Below are positions 37,674 to 46,951 of a stretch of 64,000 nucleotides of DNA, in pieces. Numbering within the stretch: position 1 is the first letter of the stretch; the number at the start of each line of letters is the position of its first letter. Source of the DNA: Bradymonadia bacterium (GTDB taxonomy: Bacteria; Myxococcota_A; Bradymonadia; UBA7976; UBA1532); assembly GCA_046290225.1 (NCBI GenBank), contig JBKAGE010000078.1:141460-205459 (forward strand), given 5' to 3'. The position numbers were made by a program, and so were the translations under genes. Under the pieces are notes generated by a model that was given only the letters and a program-made list of their open reading frames with translations, searched no databases and was not told the origin of the DNA.

Positions 37674-38657
37674 TCAGAGGGCTCCCAGAACAGACTTCAC
37701 CACATCGTCACCGGTGATGCCCTCCGCCCGGGCGGCGAAGTTGAGCAATACGCGGTGGCGAAGCACGGGCAGCGCACTGGCGACGACGTCTTCTCGAGAG
37801 ACGTGCAGTCGACCGGCACAGGCAGCACGGGCACGGGCCACGGCGAGCAGTGCCTGAGCCCCTCGGGGGCTGGCCCCCAACTGAACATAGGACTGCCAGT
37901 TGGGCGGCAGGCTCTCCGGACGGGTTTTGCAGATGATGTCCACGATGAGGCGCTTCACCTCGTCGGCGACGGGCACACGGGCCACATGGGCCATGAACCG
38001 CAGCAGCTCGTCCACGGTCATCACCGGGGTCATCGCCGCCAAGCCCTCTGCAGGGCGCACGTCGAGAATATCCATCAGATCGTCAGCAGAAGGCGGCTCC
38101 ACGAGCAGCTTCATCACAAAACGATCTGCCTGTGCCTCCGGCAGCGGGTAGGTGCCGTCCATGTCCACAGGGTTTTCTGTCGCCATCACGAAGAAGGGCG
38201 GCCCGAGGGGACGCGTCTCACCGCCGTAGGTGACCTGCCGCTCCGCCATGGCTTCGAGCAGGGCGCTCTGGGTCCGTGGGTTGGCGCGGTTGATCTCGTC
38301 GGCGAGGACGAGCTGGGCGAAGATGGGCCCGGGCTTGAAGGTGATGGAGGGGCCCTCGGGGCCCTCGATGAGGCTCTGAGTGCCCAGGATGTCGGCAGGG
38401 AGCAGGTCGGGGGTGAACTGAATCCGGGACACCGACAGCTCGAGGGCCCGACCAAGGGCCTTGATCAGGAGCGTTTTGCCCAGCCCGGGCACCCCCTCGA
38501 GGAGCACGTGCCCCCCAGCGAGCAGGCCGTAGATCAGCCCGTCCTGGATCGCACGTTGGCCCACGATGACCTTCGACAATGCGCCCCGGAGCGACAGCAC
38601 AGCCTCTCTGAGGGCCCCAGCGGTCTGCTCCACGTCTTCTGGTGACAGCTGGGTCAC
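37674..38657 (-). CDS. MoxR-family AAA+ ATPase
   Basis: Walker A GVPGLGKT; LADEINRANPRTQSALLEAM (sensor/arginine-finger region). GTG start at 38657 with an AAGGAG RBS; it overlaps the upstream stop (GTGA). Confidence 0.85.
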   Translation of the reverse strand: MTQLSPEDVEQTAGALREAVLSLRGALSKVIVGQRAIQDGLIYGLLAGGHVLLEGVPGLGKTLLIKALGRALELSVSRIQFTPDLLPADILGTQSLIEGPEGPSITFKPGPIFAQLVLADEINRANPRTQSALLEAMAERQVTYGGETRPLGPPFFVMATENPVDMDGTYPLPEAQADRFVMKLLVEPPSADDLMDILDVRPAEGLAAMTPVMTVDELLRFMAHVARVPVADEVKRLIVDIICKTRPESLPPNWQSYVQLGASPRGAQALLAVARARAACAGRLHVSREDVVASALPVLRHRVLLNFAARAEGITGDDVVKSVLGAL

Positions 38658-39568
38658 TTCTTCTCCTTCACCTCGAGCCACGCCCGAATCACCGCGTGGT
38701 GACGCGCTGGCCACCGCCCCACGGTGGCGGGCAAGCCCTCCGTGTCTCCTGCAGTGGCCCACGCCTGACGGGCCTGTGCATCATCTTGTGGGAGCGGCCT
38801 GAGCTCAATGTCGAAGGCCTCGCCGTACACCGCCCCCACACGACGTCGGCCTGGACCACCCGCACCCAACCGGCCCGCACGGCCCCCGACGCCGGCGGCC
38901 TGGCCACGGACGATCTTGCCACTAGGCTCGGCGCCCATGCCCGCGTCAGCGCCACCGGCGAGTCCAGCATCCGGGCGCTCGTCTATCCTGGGGCGCTCGA
39001 CGCCCGCCTCAGGCTTCTTGCTGGTCTCGATTTGAGACGCAGTGCCACCTGTGGGCCCAGTCGCCACGCTGTCTGCCTGACCCACGTCTTTGGCGACGCC
39101 GGCCAGATCAGCATCGACAGCCTCACGGGTTCCATTGGGGATCCCATCCCCTGACGCCCACACCGGCAAGAGACACAGCGCCGCCGGGAAAGCCCAGGCC
39201 CAATGTGGCCGCGGGCACACGTCAGTGGCCATCTCCGGGCGTAGCTTGCTCGCGATCTGACGACGCTGAGCCACCTCGAAAGGTCCGGGCTCTTCTCGGC
39301 GATCCCACGCACAGACGAGGCCTTGCTGCATGCCCAGAGCGGCGTCTGCTCGAGCCATCAGCACCCCATGAGAGCACCGGCGGGTCATCACCCAGCCCAC
39401 GAGCACACCGCCCCCACCGAGGAGAGCCCAGGGCCACCCTGAGAAGACAGCCACGACGGCGCCGATGCCCAGCGCGGGGCCGAGGCCCTGGAGCGCGGAC
39501 ATCGCCAACGCACGACGCGCGAGGATGTCGCCGAAGCGCTCCAACTGATCAGTGGACGTGTCGGTCAC
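38654..39568 (-). CDS. hypothetical membrane protein (Gly/Ala-rich C-terminal region)
   Basis: Start inferred from a GTGA overlap with the upstream stop at 39565-39568. Two hydrophobic helices, then a long G/A/D-rich tail. Confidence 0.4.
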   Translation of the reverse strand: MTDTSTDQLERFGDILARRALAMSALQGLGPALGIGAVVAVFSGWPWALLGGGGVLVGWVMTRRCSHGVLMARADAALGMQQGLVCAWDRREEPGPFEVAQRRQIASKLRPEMATDVCPRPHWAWAFPAALCLLPVWASGDGIPNGTREAVDADLAGVAKDVGQADSVATGPTGGTASQIETSKKPEAGVERPRIDERPDAGLAGGADAGMGAEPSGKIVRGQAAGVGGRAGRLGAGGPGRRRVGAVYGEAFDIELRPLPQDDAQARQAWATAGDTEGLPATVGRWPARHHAVIRAWLEVKEKK

Positions 39569-40059
39569 GCAGCCACCCACCAGATGAATGCGCCCCCTGT
39601 GGCGGCACCCAGGAGCGCCGCGGCAGACATGGGCACCCACGGCCGCGCCGCCCCGGCGACCACACCGGTCAAAATGGGCGCGGCGCCCACCTGAGCGAGG
39701 ACGTCACCCACCTGACCGGAGTCGGCGATGCCGAGGCGTACGAGCCAGATCCATCCAGGCACGGAGGCGAGCAACGCCACGAAGGCGGGCCACGCGCCGA
39801 GGGCGACACTTCGGACCGCCCGGCGCCGTGGATCCACCAGGGTCCACCCGGCGACGCATCCAGCGATGGCCAGCACTACGAGGATGGACCAGATCAAGGC
39901 GCCCGTCTGGACCACCTGCCCTCGCCAGACATCGCCGGTCTGACCGAACCAGTGGGTGCGGTGCACCGCAGCGGCATGGGTGTACAGCGGCAGCACGAGG
40001 GCCGAGATCACGACCACGCCCCACAATCCGCCGCTGGTGGCGATGCGCCAGACTCTCAC
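39565..40059 (-). CDS. small integral membrane protein (about 4 TM helices)
   Basis: GTG start overlapping the ABC ATPase stop (GTGA at 40056-40059). Hydrophobic throughout. Confidence 0.4.
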   Translation of the reverse strand: MRVWRIATSGGLWGVVVISALVLPLYTHAAAVHRTHWFGQTGDVWRGQVVQTGALIWSILVVLAIAGCVAGWTLVDPRRRAVRSVALGAWPAFVALLASVPGWIWLVRLGIADSGQVGDVLAQVGAAPILTGVVAGAARPWVPMSAAALLGAATGGAFIWWVAA

Positions 40060-40757
40060 CGATGCCACCCCAGCGAGGCAGCCAGCCGATCGGAGAAGTC
40101 CGGCTCGCCTCGGCTCACCTCGAAGTGAGCAGCCCCGTCTTTGAGGCAAATCACCCGATCGCACACCGACTGAGTGAAATACGGCGCAGCTGCAGTGCAA
40201 ATGATGGTGGCCCCTCCTGCGGAGGCCGCTCGAATCGCCGACGAGATTTGTCGCAGCCCTGGCCCGTCCACGCCCTCTTCCGGGGCGTCGAGCAAGAACA
40301 CCCGAGGCTGCAGAATCCAGAGCCTCGCCATGGCGAGGCGCCTCGACTCACCGCGAGAGAGCGCGTGCACTGGTCGATCCAGGGCGTACTCCATCTCGAG
40401 CTGTTCCGTGGCTTCGGCGAGGCGGGTGCGGGCGACATCCTGAGCCACCCCATCCAGATCGGCCCACAACTTGAGCCACTGTGACACCGTGAGGGCGTGC
40501 GGCCCTGGGAGCGTGTGGCCCATCCACCCGGAGATGCTCTTGAGTCGGCCTGTCTGGCGGGTGATGTCCCGGCCTTCGAGCTTGATGCGGCCGCGATCCG
40601 GGGCCCGCAGACCTGCGAGCACCTCGAGGGCGGTGGACTTGCCTGACCCCGAGAGGCCCACGATGCCCAGCACCTCGCCTGGCCGGGCGGTGAGATCGAG
40701 GCGGTTCAGACGCACCACCTCGTGATCCTCCACCACCACACCGATCAGCTCAATCAT
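40056..40757 (-). CDS. ABC transporter ATP-binding protein
   Basis: Walker A GLSGSGKST, ABC signature LSRGESRRLAMA, Walker B FLLDAPE. Confidence 0.85.
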   Translation of the reverse strand: MIELIGVVVEDHEVVRLNRLDLTARPGEVLGIVGLSGSGKSTALEVLAGLRAPDRGRIKLEGRDITRQTGRLKSISGWMGHTLPGPHALTVSQWLKLWADLDGVAQDVARTRLAEATEQLEMEYALDRPVHALSRGESRRLAMARLWILQPRVFLLDAPEEGVDGPGLRQISSAIRAASAGGATIICTAAAPYFTQSVCDRVICLKDGAAHFEVSRGEPDFSDRLAASLGWHR

Positions 40758-40834
40758 CGCTCAACCACCTCACATCGCGATGTGCCTCATGAGCCCGGGG
40801 ATCGCACACCGCGCACCCAGACGCAAACACATCG

Positions 40835-42388
40835 TCAGCCTGGATCTTCGACCTGGGGCACGATCAAAGCCTCTGGTGTCACTGCGCGCCGAGGTGCTGG
40901 CTCGACCCACCATCCCGAGAGCTCGGCCGACTGCATGTCGACCACCACGTCACCCAACGGCAGATGTGCGGCGCCGAGGCCGATGGGGCTTCGGGTCGCT
41001 CCGGCGAGGGCCCCTGCAGGCCACTCGGGGAATGCCTCCTGCTCACCGGCGACCTCGGCGGTGGTCTCTGCCGTGAAGGCGAAATACACGAGACGCCGCC
41101 GGTCACCGGGCTCGGCGGTGAGCATCCAATGGCCCTCCTCGGCGGCGAGGGTCAGGCAGGCCCCCACCGGGCGCGCCTCTTCCAAGCTGGCCTGCTCGGC
41201 CCCGGGCAGGCTGAAACCGCCCCCGACCGCAACGCTCAGATCGACCACCCCCACTGAGAGCGCCTCGTCACCGACGGGGATCATCAAGGCTTCTGCCTGG
41301 GTCACGGCGATGGATGCACCCTGAGGCGGGAGCACACAGGCGCCGATCCAGCAGGCCAGCGCTGTCGCCACTCCAGCTCTGGGCATACGCAGCGCCAGAA
41401 GTGCAGAGACCACCAGGCCCAACAGCACCGCCCAGATCCACCAGGCAAAAGCGCCCGCCGGGCGACCATCTACTGGAGGCCTCGCGGAGAGCCAGCTGAG
41501 TACGTGGGCCAGAGGTGCTGGGGGGCGCTCGAAGAGCACATCGGTCACCGGGCCTTCAGTGAGGGCCTTCAGACGCACCCCCACCACCCGCACCCTGCCG
41601 AGGCCGAGGAACCATTCTGTGACCAGCGGCGAGCCATCGGCGGTGAGCAGCACCTGCCCCTGGCCCTCAGGAGAGACGGGCCGATGCCCGGCAGCCTGAG
41701 GCAGAGCGCCCTTGAGCGCCGGACCTGGGCGGCGGGCCGGGGTAAGTGCCCCTTCAATGAAGTCCTGCATGACGCCGGTCTCGTCGGCCCCCTCTCCCAC
41801 AGCGATCACGAGCATGCTGCCCGAGGCCACCGCTCGGCGCAGGGCGCGACGTCGCTGGGGGGTCAGCGCCACGAGATCTGCCAGTTCGATGAGCATCCAC
41901 GGGGCAAAGCGCAGCGCTGCGAAGTGCTGTGGCAGCTCTTCGAGGCCTTGATGTATTACGCGGTGCCCTTGAGGCTTGAGCAGGGCTGCGAGCTGAGCCC
42001 GACCCGCCGTGGCGCTCGAGATCCACAACGTTGGCGGGCCTGTCTCAAAAGCGACAGGAGACACCTTCACCGTCTCTTGCTGGCCCTCGGTGAGGATGTT
42101 CAGCTCTGGGGCTGGCCCCACGCTGCCATCAGCGCACTGCACGTGCACCGAGGCCGTGGTGTACCCATCGAGGGACACCGCGAGTTGGAGGGCATTCTCC
42201 GGGCCCACCATCGCCTGGGTGGGGTGCAGCCCCACATTCTCGATCTTGATCTCGGTCGTGGCACCATCGCCCACCTTGGATGAGGTCACCGGCCCCGCCC
42301 CAAAGGCAGAGCCAGCCATCAGGCAGCAGATGGCAGGAAAGAGGATCGAGGCAGGATCAAGAGGCCAGATGCCCCTGAGGTGAGCCAT
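40835..42388 (-). CDS. hypothetical secreted/membrane protein (possibly a GldG/DUF4350-like ABC auxiliary component)
   Basis: N-terminal signal peptide, two C-terminal-half TM helices (FAWWIWAVLLGLVVSALLAL, ALACWIGACVL). Sits between the prenyltransferase-repeat gene and the ABC ATPase. Confidence 0.4.
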   Translation of the reverse strand: MAHLRGIWPLDPASILFPAICCLMAGSAFGAGPVTSSKVGDGATTEIKIENVGLHPTQAMVGPENALQLAVSLDGYTTASVHVQCADGSVGPAPELNILTEGQQETVKVSPVAFETGPPTLWISSATAGRAQLAALLKPQGHRVIHQGLEELPQHFAALRFAPWMLIELADLVALTPQRRRALRRAVASGSMLVIAVGEGADETGVMQDFIEGALTPARRPGPALKGALPQAAGHRPVSPEGQGQVLLTADGSPLVTEWFLGLGRVRVVGVRLKALTEGPVTDVLFERPPAPLAHVLSWLSARPPVDGRPAGAFAWWIWAVLLGLVVSALLALRMPRAGVATALACWIGACVLPPQGASIAVTQAEALMIPVGDEALSVGVVDLSVAVGGGFSLPGAEQASLEEARPVGACLTLAAEEGHWMLTAEPGDRRRLVYFAFTAETTAEVAGEQEAFPEWPAGALAGATRSPIGLGAAHLPLGDVVVDMQSAELSGWWVEPAPRRAVTPEALIVPQVEDPG

Positions 42389-42394
42389 GTGAGA

Positions 42395-43495
42395 TCACTT
42401 CGCGCCAGCGGCGTCCAAGGCTGCGTTCATGGAGATCACCGCACGGGCGGTGGCCAGGAGGGGGTTCCCCTCCCAGTACTTGGGATCGTCGTTCTTCCAG
42501 GACCCGTCGGCCTTCTGCATCGACATGAGCTTGGTGATCAGATCGTTGGCCCAGTTCCGGGGCCGGCCCTTGCCATCAGGGATGGTGGCTTCACCGTAGG
42601 CCTTCAGGGCGCTGGCAGCAGTCTGGTAGTAGTAGAAGAGGCTGGTCTGGCCCATGCCGGGGTGCTCGTCGAAGGTGTAGTTCTTCTTGATCCAGCCCCA
42701 GGCGGCGCCCACCCGAGGATCGCCCTTCTTCACATCGGTGAAGATCAGGCTCTTGAGGCCGGCGAAGGTCATGGCACCGTAGCTGGCGAGCTTGCCCTCC
42801 TTGCTCTTCGACGCGCCGGGCTCGTAAACGAACCCACCATCATCACCGGCCCACCCCTGATCGTTGGACTCGGAGCGGTTCTGGCAACGGGAGATGAAGA
42901 CCTCGGCCTTGCCCCACACGTCGCTCTTGGGGTCATAGTCGGTCTCTCGCAGAGCCTCGAGGGCGTACTGCAGATTGCTCAGATCAGGGCGCTCGTCGCC
43001 GCCGTAACCGATGCCTCCATAGTACTTGTCGGTGGGCTTGTACTTCTGGTCCTCGTCAGTCTGGAACCGGGCGAGGAAGTCCTGGCCGCGCTTGATTTGG
43101 TCCTTGAACTTCACCTTGTCCACTGCGTGAAGGGCGATGATGGCCAGGGCGGTGTTGTAGGTCGGGGTGGCGTCACCGCTGATGGCGCCGTCCGCCCGGG
43201 ACTGGCTCACCAGCCAGTCTGCGGCGCGGCTGATGTAGGGGCCGTCGGCGTACCCATACTTGCGGTGGCTGCGGGCGAAGGCGGTGAGCACCATCGAGGT
43301 GAGGCCCACGTGGTTGCCATAGGACCCGGTCTTCTCGTCTTGCAGGCCCCGCAGAAAGCGCAGGCCCTTGTCGACGGACTTCTTGGCCTTGTCGGCCACA
43401 GCGGGGTCAACCCCCTGGCTCGACGCCACAGTGGGGGTCACCAGGGTGAAAGCACCAAGGGCCAGAGCCCCCAAAGCGATACGCATAGACTTCAT
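42395..43495 (-). CDS. secreted prenyltransferase / squalene-hopene-cyclase-repeat (alpha/alpha toroid) protein
   Basis: Signal peptide MKSMRIALGALALGAFTLVTPTVASSQG. QxxDGSW-type repeats (QKADGSWKND, QDEKTGSYG, SRADGAISG). AAAGGAG RBS. The ATG overlaps the upstream stop. Confidence 0.6.
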   Translation of the reverse strand: MKSMRIALGALALGAFTLVTPTVASSQGVDPAVADKAKKSVDKGLRFLRGLQDEKTGSYGNHVGLTSMVLTAFARSHRKYGYADGPYISRAADWLVSQSRADGAISGDATPTYNTALAIIALHAVDKVKFKDQIKRGQDFLARFQTDEDQKYKPTDKYYGGIGYGGDERPDLSNLQYALEALRETDYDPKSDVWGKAEVFISRCQNRSESNDQGWAGDDGGFVYEPGASKSKEGKLASYGAMTFAGLKSLIFTDVKKGDPRVGAAWGWIKKNYTFDEHPGMGQTSLFYYYQTAASALKAYGEATIPDGKGRPRNWANDLITKLMSMQKADGSWKNDDPKYWEGNPLLATARAVISMNAALDAAGAK

Positions 43496-44190
43496 GGCGC
43501 GCTCCTTTCGGGCTGGCCAGCAGCGCGGATCGACCAGATCAGCGCCACCACCGCCCATGCAATCAAGACAACCAGGCCCCACAACCAGGAGATGGGGTGA
43601 GCTTCCACCACTCCGCTGAGGGTCCCGGCATAGAACCAGGGATCTTGCAATGTCGACAGGCCTGCGGCGTCGAGGGCCGAGCCCACAGGGTGCAGGCCCA
43701 CGGTCAGCGATGACAACCAGGGCGAGGCTGAGGTGACACCGAACCACGGCGCCAGAATCACAGGCATCGAAGCCCACAGCATCGCCAGGGCCACCACCGG
43801 GGTCCACGCCCCACCTGCAGAGGCTGCTCGCCGATCGAGGGCATCGGCGACGATCACCCACAGCATGGCCCATGCGATGAGGCTCAGCGCTGGCGCAACC
43901 CGGCCTCCGGTACCCAACAGCGCACCCGTGATCACCACCGTGAGGGGTGGTACGAGCTCGAGGCAGACCAGCCTCGGGGTCCGGCGCGCCATCCGAAGGG
44001 CGGTTCGAATGCCCCAGTCCCGTCGCTTCTGGTCCTGGCCGATGACCAGCCACGGCGCCAGCAGGGCGACACCCGCGAGAACCCATAGACGGGTGGCGAG
44101 CGGGTCCGGCAGCCACAGTGGCAGGCTGAGGGCACAGGCCATGCCCACCAACCACCTCACCCAGCTCAGTCGCACCACCAGGCGCAGCAT
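43492..44190 (-). CDS. integral membrane protein (about 6 TM)
   Basis: Hydrophobic throughout. First gene of the long minus-strand operon. Start uncertain (44190 or 44235). Confidence 0.4.
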   Translation of the reverse strand: MLRLVVRLSWVRWLVGMACALSLPLWLPDPLATRLWVLAGVALLAPWLVIGQDQKRRDWGIRTALRMARRTPRLVCLELVPPLTVVITGALLGTGGRVAPALSLIAWAMLWVIVADALDRRAASAGGAWTPVVALAMLWASMPVILAPWFGVTSASPWLSSLTVGLHPVGSALDAAGLSTLQDPWFYAGTLSGVVEAHPISWLWGLVVLIAWAVVALIWSIRAAGQPERSAP

Positions 44191-44428
44191 CGAAACTCCT
44201 CTGCCGGATACACTCTGCCGAGCACATGTCTGCACACCGCCCGGCGGCAGCCTGTCACGGCATGTTCAGTGATGCAACTTGAGCCACATCGGACTCAGCG
44301 TGCTCCTCGAAGACCACACGTCGGCCAACAGTGGAAAAAACATCAGATTTTCAGGAGCAGACGCCGTACGAGGCGATCCATGCACCCGTAACTTCACCTA
44401 TGAGATGAAGCGCGCGGTGGGGGTGGGG

Positions 44429-44983
44429 CTACATCTTGTACTTGGTCAGGGCCTCAGGCTCGGAGCTCACCAACCAGGCAGCGAGCCGGTCACGGGCATC
44501 GTCGTCATCGGCGAGGGCCATGGGAGCCACTGGCCCTTCTTCTTCGTCCTCCAAGATCTCGGCCCCGAGCGTCTGGGCCTCGGCGAAGACGTTCGCAGCC
44601 ACGCGGATCGGTGCCTTGTTCCTCAGCGCCAGGGCCACACCGTCAGAGGGCCGGCAGTCGATGTGATGTTCAAAACCGTCGATGTCGGTGAGCACGAGGT
44701 TGGCGAAGAAAGTGCCCTGCTCCAGTGCGCAGATGTCTACGCGATCAAGATGGGCCTCCAGGGCGAGGAGCAGCGTCGTGGTGAGATCGTGGGTCATCGG
44801 ACGGCGGGGCTCTGCCCCTTCAGCGGCGGCGGCGATGGCGCTGGCCTCCGACATGCCGATCCAGACTGGCAGGAGCACTTTGCGCTGCTCGTCTTCGAGC
44901 AGCAGAATGGGCGCCTTCGAGTTCTGCTCGATGGCGATGCCTCTCACTTCGACCTCGATATAACGGTCATCGGCGTTGGACAT
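44429..44983 (-). CDS. bifunctional nuclease (BFN/DUF151) family protein
   Basis: ILLLEDEQRKVLLPVWIGMSEASAIAAA matches the DUF151 core (LPIWIG..EA.AI). Confidence 0.7.
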   Translation of the reverse strand: MSNADDRYIEVEVRGIAIEQNSKAPILLLEDEQRKVLLPVWIGMSEASAIAAAAEGAEPRRPMTHDLTTTLLLALEAHLDRVDICALEQGTFFANLVLTDIDGFEHHIDCRPSDGVALALRNKAPIRVAANVFAEAQTLGAEILEDEEEGPVAPMALADDDDARDRLAAWLVSSEPEALTKYKM

Positions 44984-45059
44984 GACGTGCTCCTTGGGCG
45001 AACGCAGCCTGGGACGCCCAGACGCGTAATCTCAACCTAGTGAGCCCGCGAGCGCGCGG

Positions 45060-46379
45060 TCAAGCTTGGCGCCGGCGCCGGTGGAGGACCGCCACCGTCT
45101 CCACGTGCCCAGTGTGGGGAAACAGATCGAACGCCTGTACGTGCGCGAGGTGCCAGTGTGCCTTCATCTCCCCTACATCACGGGCGAGGGTCGCCGGATC
45201 ACAGGCGACGTAGATCACCCGCTCCGCCCCGGTGGTGTGCAGCGCAGAGGCGAACGTTCGAGCACCCGCACGCGGTGGGTCGAGGATCACCACAGGTGCT
45301 TCATTCAGCGCCTGGGCGAGGGCTGGCGAGAGCCTGCCCAGATCCGCCGGACCCTGATCGGCGTTGCCCAGGTGGAGCACGCTGGCGGCCAGCTCATCTC
45401 GGGCCTCGAGCGTGGCTCGGAGTGCTTGAGCGGCAGCCCCGTCATGCTCCACGGCATGCACCTGATAGCCTGCCTGAGCGAGGGGCACGGTGAAATTGCC
45501 GCTCCCAGCGAACAGCTCCACCACAGAGGCACCAGGTTCAGCTGCAGCCCCGACATGCGCCATCACGTGGGTGACGAGGGCATCATTCCCAGGTCGGTGA
45601 GCTTGTACAAAAGCCCCCGCAGGATGAGGGATGCCGAGGGTACCGAGTAAATTCTCAGGTCGCCCGGTCTCATGAATCACGCGTCCGCGGCGGCCAAGGA
45701 TGACACCGCCGTGGCATCGGGTGCTCCGGGCAACGAGCTGATCGAGCGCGGTCGACAAATCACGAGGCGCCCCCTCCCCAGGTTGGATCGCCACCGTGCC
45801 CGAAACCTCTCCAGGCGCAACCGTGAGGCGGATGACCCCCCTACCCTTCAACTGGCGGGACAACAGCGTCGCCACATCAGATCTCAGCGCGTCGACCTCT
45901 GGGGTGAGGACCGGACAGGACGCCACGGGCACGACGGCGTTGCTCCCTGATTGGAAGAAACCCACACGCCCGTCGTGCCATTGCAGACGCGCGGTCGACC
46001 TCCAGCCACGATCGGTCTCGTGGCTCCAAATCGGGGCGATCTGCGCCGAGGGCTCGGCTCTGTGCGCCCACCGCACGGTGTGGGCCTGAAGCGCGGCGTG
46101 CTGCAACTGACCTGTAGTGGTTTGCCAGGGGCACCCCCCACACTGCTCGGCGTGGGCACAGAAAGCGTCCACCCGGCCCGGCCCGCTGGAGATGATCTGG
46201 TCAACCCGACCCTCAGCGAACTGCTTCTTGATCCGCGTCAGGGTCACGCGGACTTCGTCACCAGGGGCACCGCCGCGCACGAAGATGATCCGACCGTCGG
46301 CAGCCCTGGCCACCATGCGACCCCCGAAAGCTGGACGCTCGATCACCAGGGTGACCTGCTGGCCACAGGCGAGCGTCAT
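45060..46379 (-). CDS. rlmD: 23S rRNA (uracil-C5)-methyltransferase RlmD/RumA family (TRAM + 4Fe-4S + SAM MTase)
   Basis: N-terminal TRAM; Cys cluster FCAHAEQCGGCPWQ; ELFAGSGNFTVPLA (SAM motif I); ILDPPRAG (motif IV); ACDPATLARD (the nucleophile Cys region). Confidence 0.75.
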   Translation of the reverse strand: MTLACGQQVTLVIERPAFGGRMVARAADGRIIFVRGGAPGDEVRVTLTRIKKQFAEGRVDQIISSGPGRVDAFCAHAEQCGGCPWQTTTGQLQHAALQAHTVRWAHRAEPSAQIAPIWSHETDRGWRSTARLQWHDGRVGFFQSGSNAVVPVASCPVLTPEVDALRSDVATLLSRQLKGRGVIRLTVAPGEVSGTVAIQPGEGAPRDLSTALDQLVARSTRCHGGVILGRRGRVIHETGRPENLLGTLGIPHPAGAFVQAHRPGNDALVTHVMAHVGAAAEPGASVVELFAGSGNFTVPLAQAGYQVHAVEHDGAAAQALRATLEARDELAASVLHLGNADQGPADLGRLSPALAQALNEAPVVILDPPRAGARTFASALHTTGAERVIYVACDPATLARDVGEMKAHWHLAHVQAFDLFPHTGHVETVAVLHRRRRQA

Positions 46380-46951
46380 CGTCGGGAGAAGGGTTGATGT
46401 GGTGAGCCCAACGCGTACTCGAAATCGAAGCGCACGGTGAGCTGGCCGAGGGCCTCTCCAGATCGGCCATCGGAGACCTGCAATGGGGAGATGCTGCCTT
46501 GCACCCGGTCGCCAGATCCCGTGCCGAAGCTCTGAAGCGCAAGGGTGCCACTGAACGCCAGGCTATGACGACCACCAGGGCAGGTATCGCCGAGGTGCAA
46601 CCCCACCCGCACGTTCTCTTCCATGCCGATGGCGTTGTCACCGATGACGAGGGCGTCAGTGTCTCTGATCTGAATGAACAGGCCATCTACATCAGGTGGG
46701 TAGTAGGACCCTTTCTGAATTCGAATGAAGGCCTGATCTCCGGTGACATCCATGGTGAAGAAGTCGGGATCGAGATCGAAGGCGCGACAATCCGAGACGC
46801 CTTCGGCGCACGTGAGGGCACGGGTCTCGCCATCTTCGCACTCGGGGATGGTGAGAGAGCCGAAGACATCGCCACTCGAGTTGTTGTCGCACCCCGAGGC
46901 AAGCACCATCACCATCAAGATGCCTGGTGACCAGAGTTTGCTGAGACTCAT
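46376..46951 (-). CDS. lipoprotein, hypothetical
   Basis: Start chosen at MSLSKLWSPGILMVMVLASGC (lipobox LASGC). The stop overlaps the rlmD-like start (ATGA). Confidence 0.5.
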   Translation of the reverse strand: MSLSKLWSPGILMVMVLASGCDNNSSGDVFGSLTIPECEDGETRALTCAEGVSDCRAFDLDPDFFTMDVTGDQAFIRIQKGSYYPPDVDGLFIQIRDTDALVIGDNAIGMEENVRVGLHLGDTCPGGRHSLAFSGTLALQSFGTGSGDRVQGSISPLQVSDGRSGEALGQLTVRFDFEYALGSPHQPFSRR

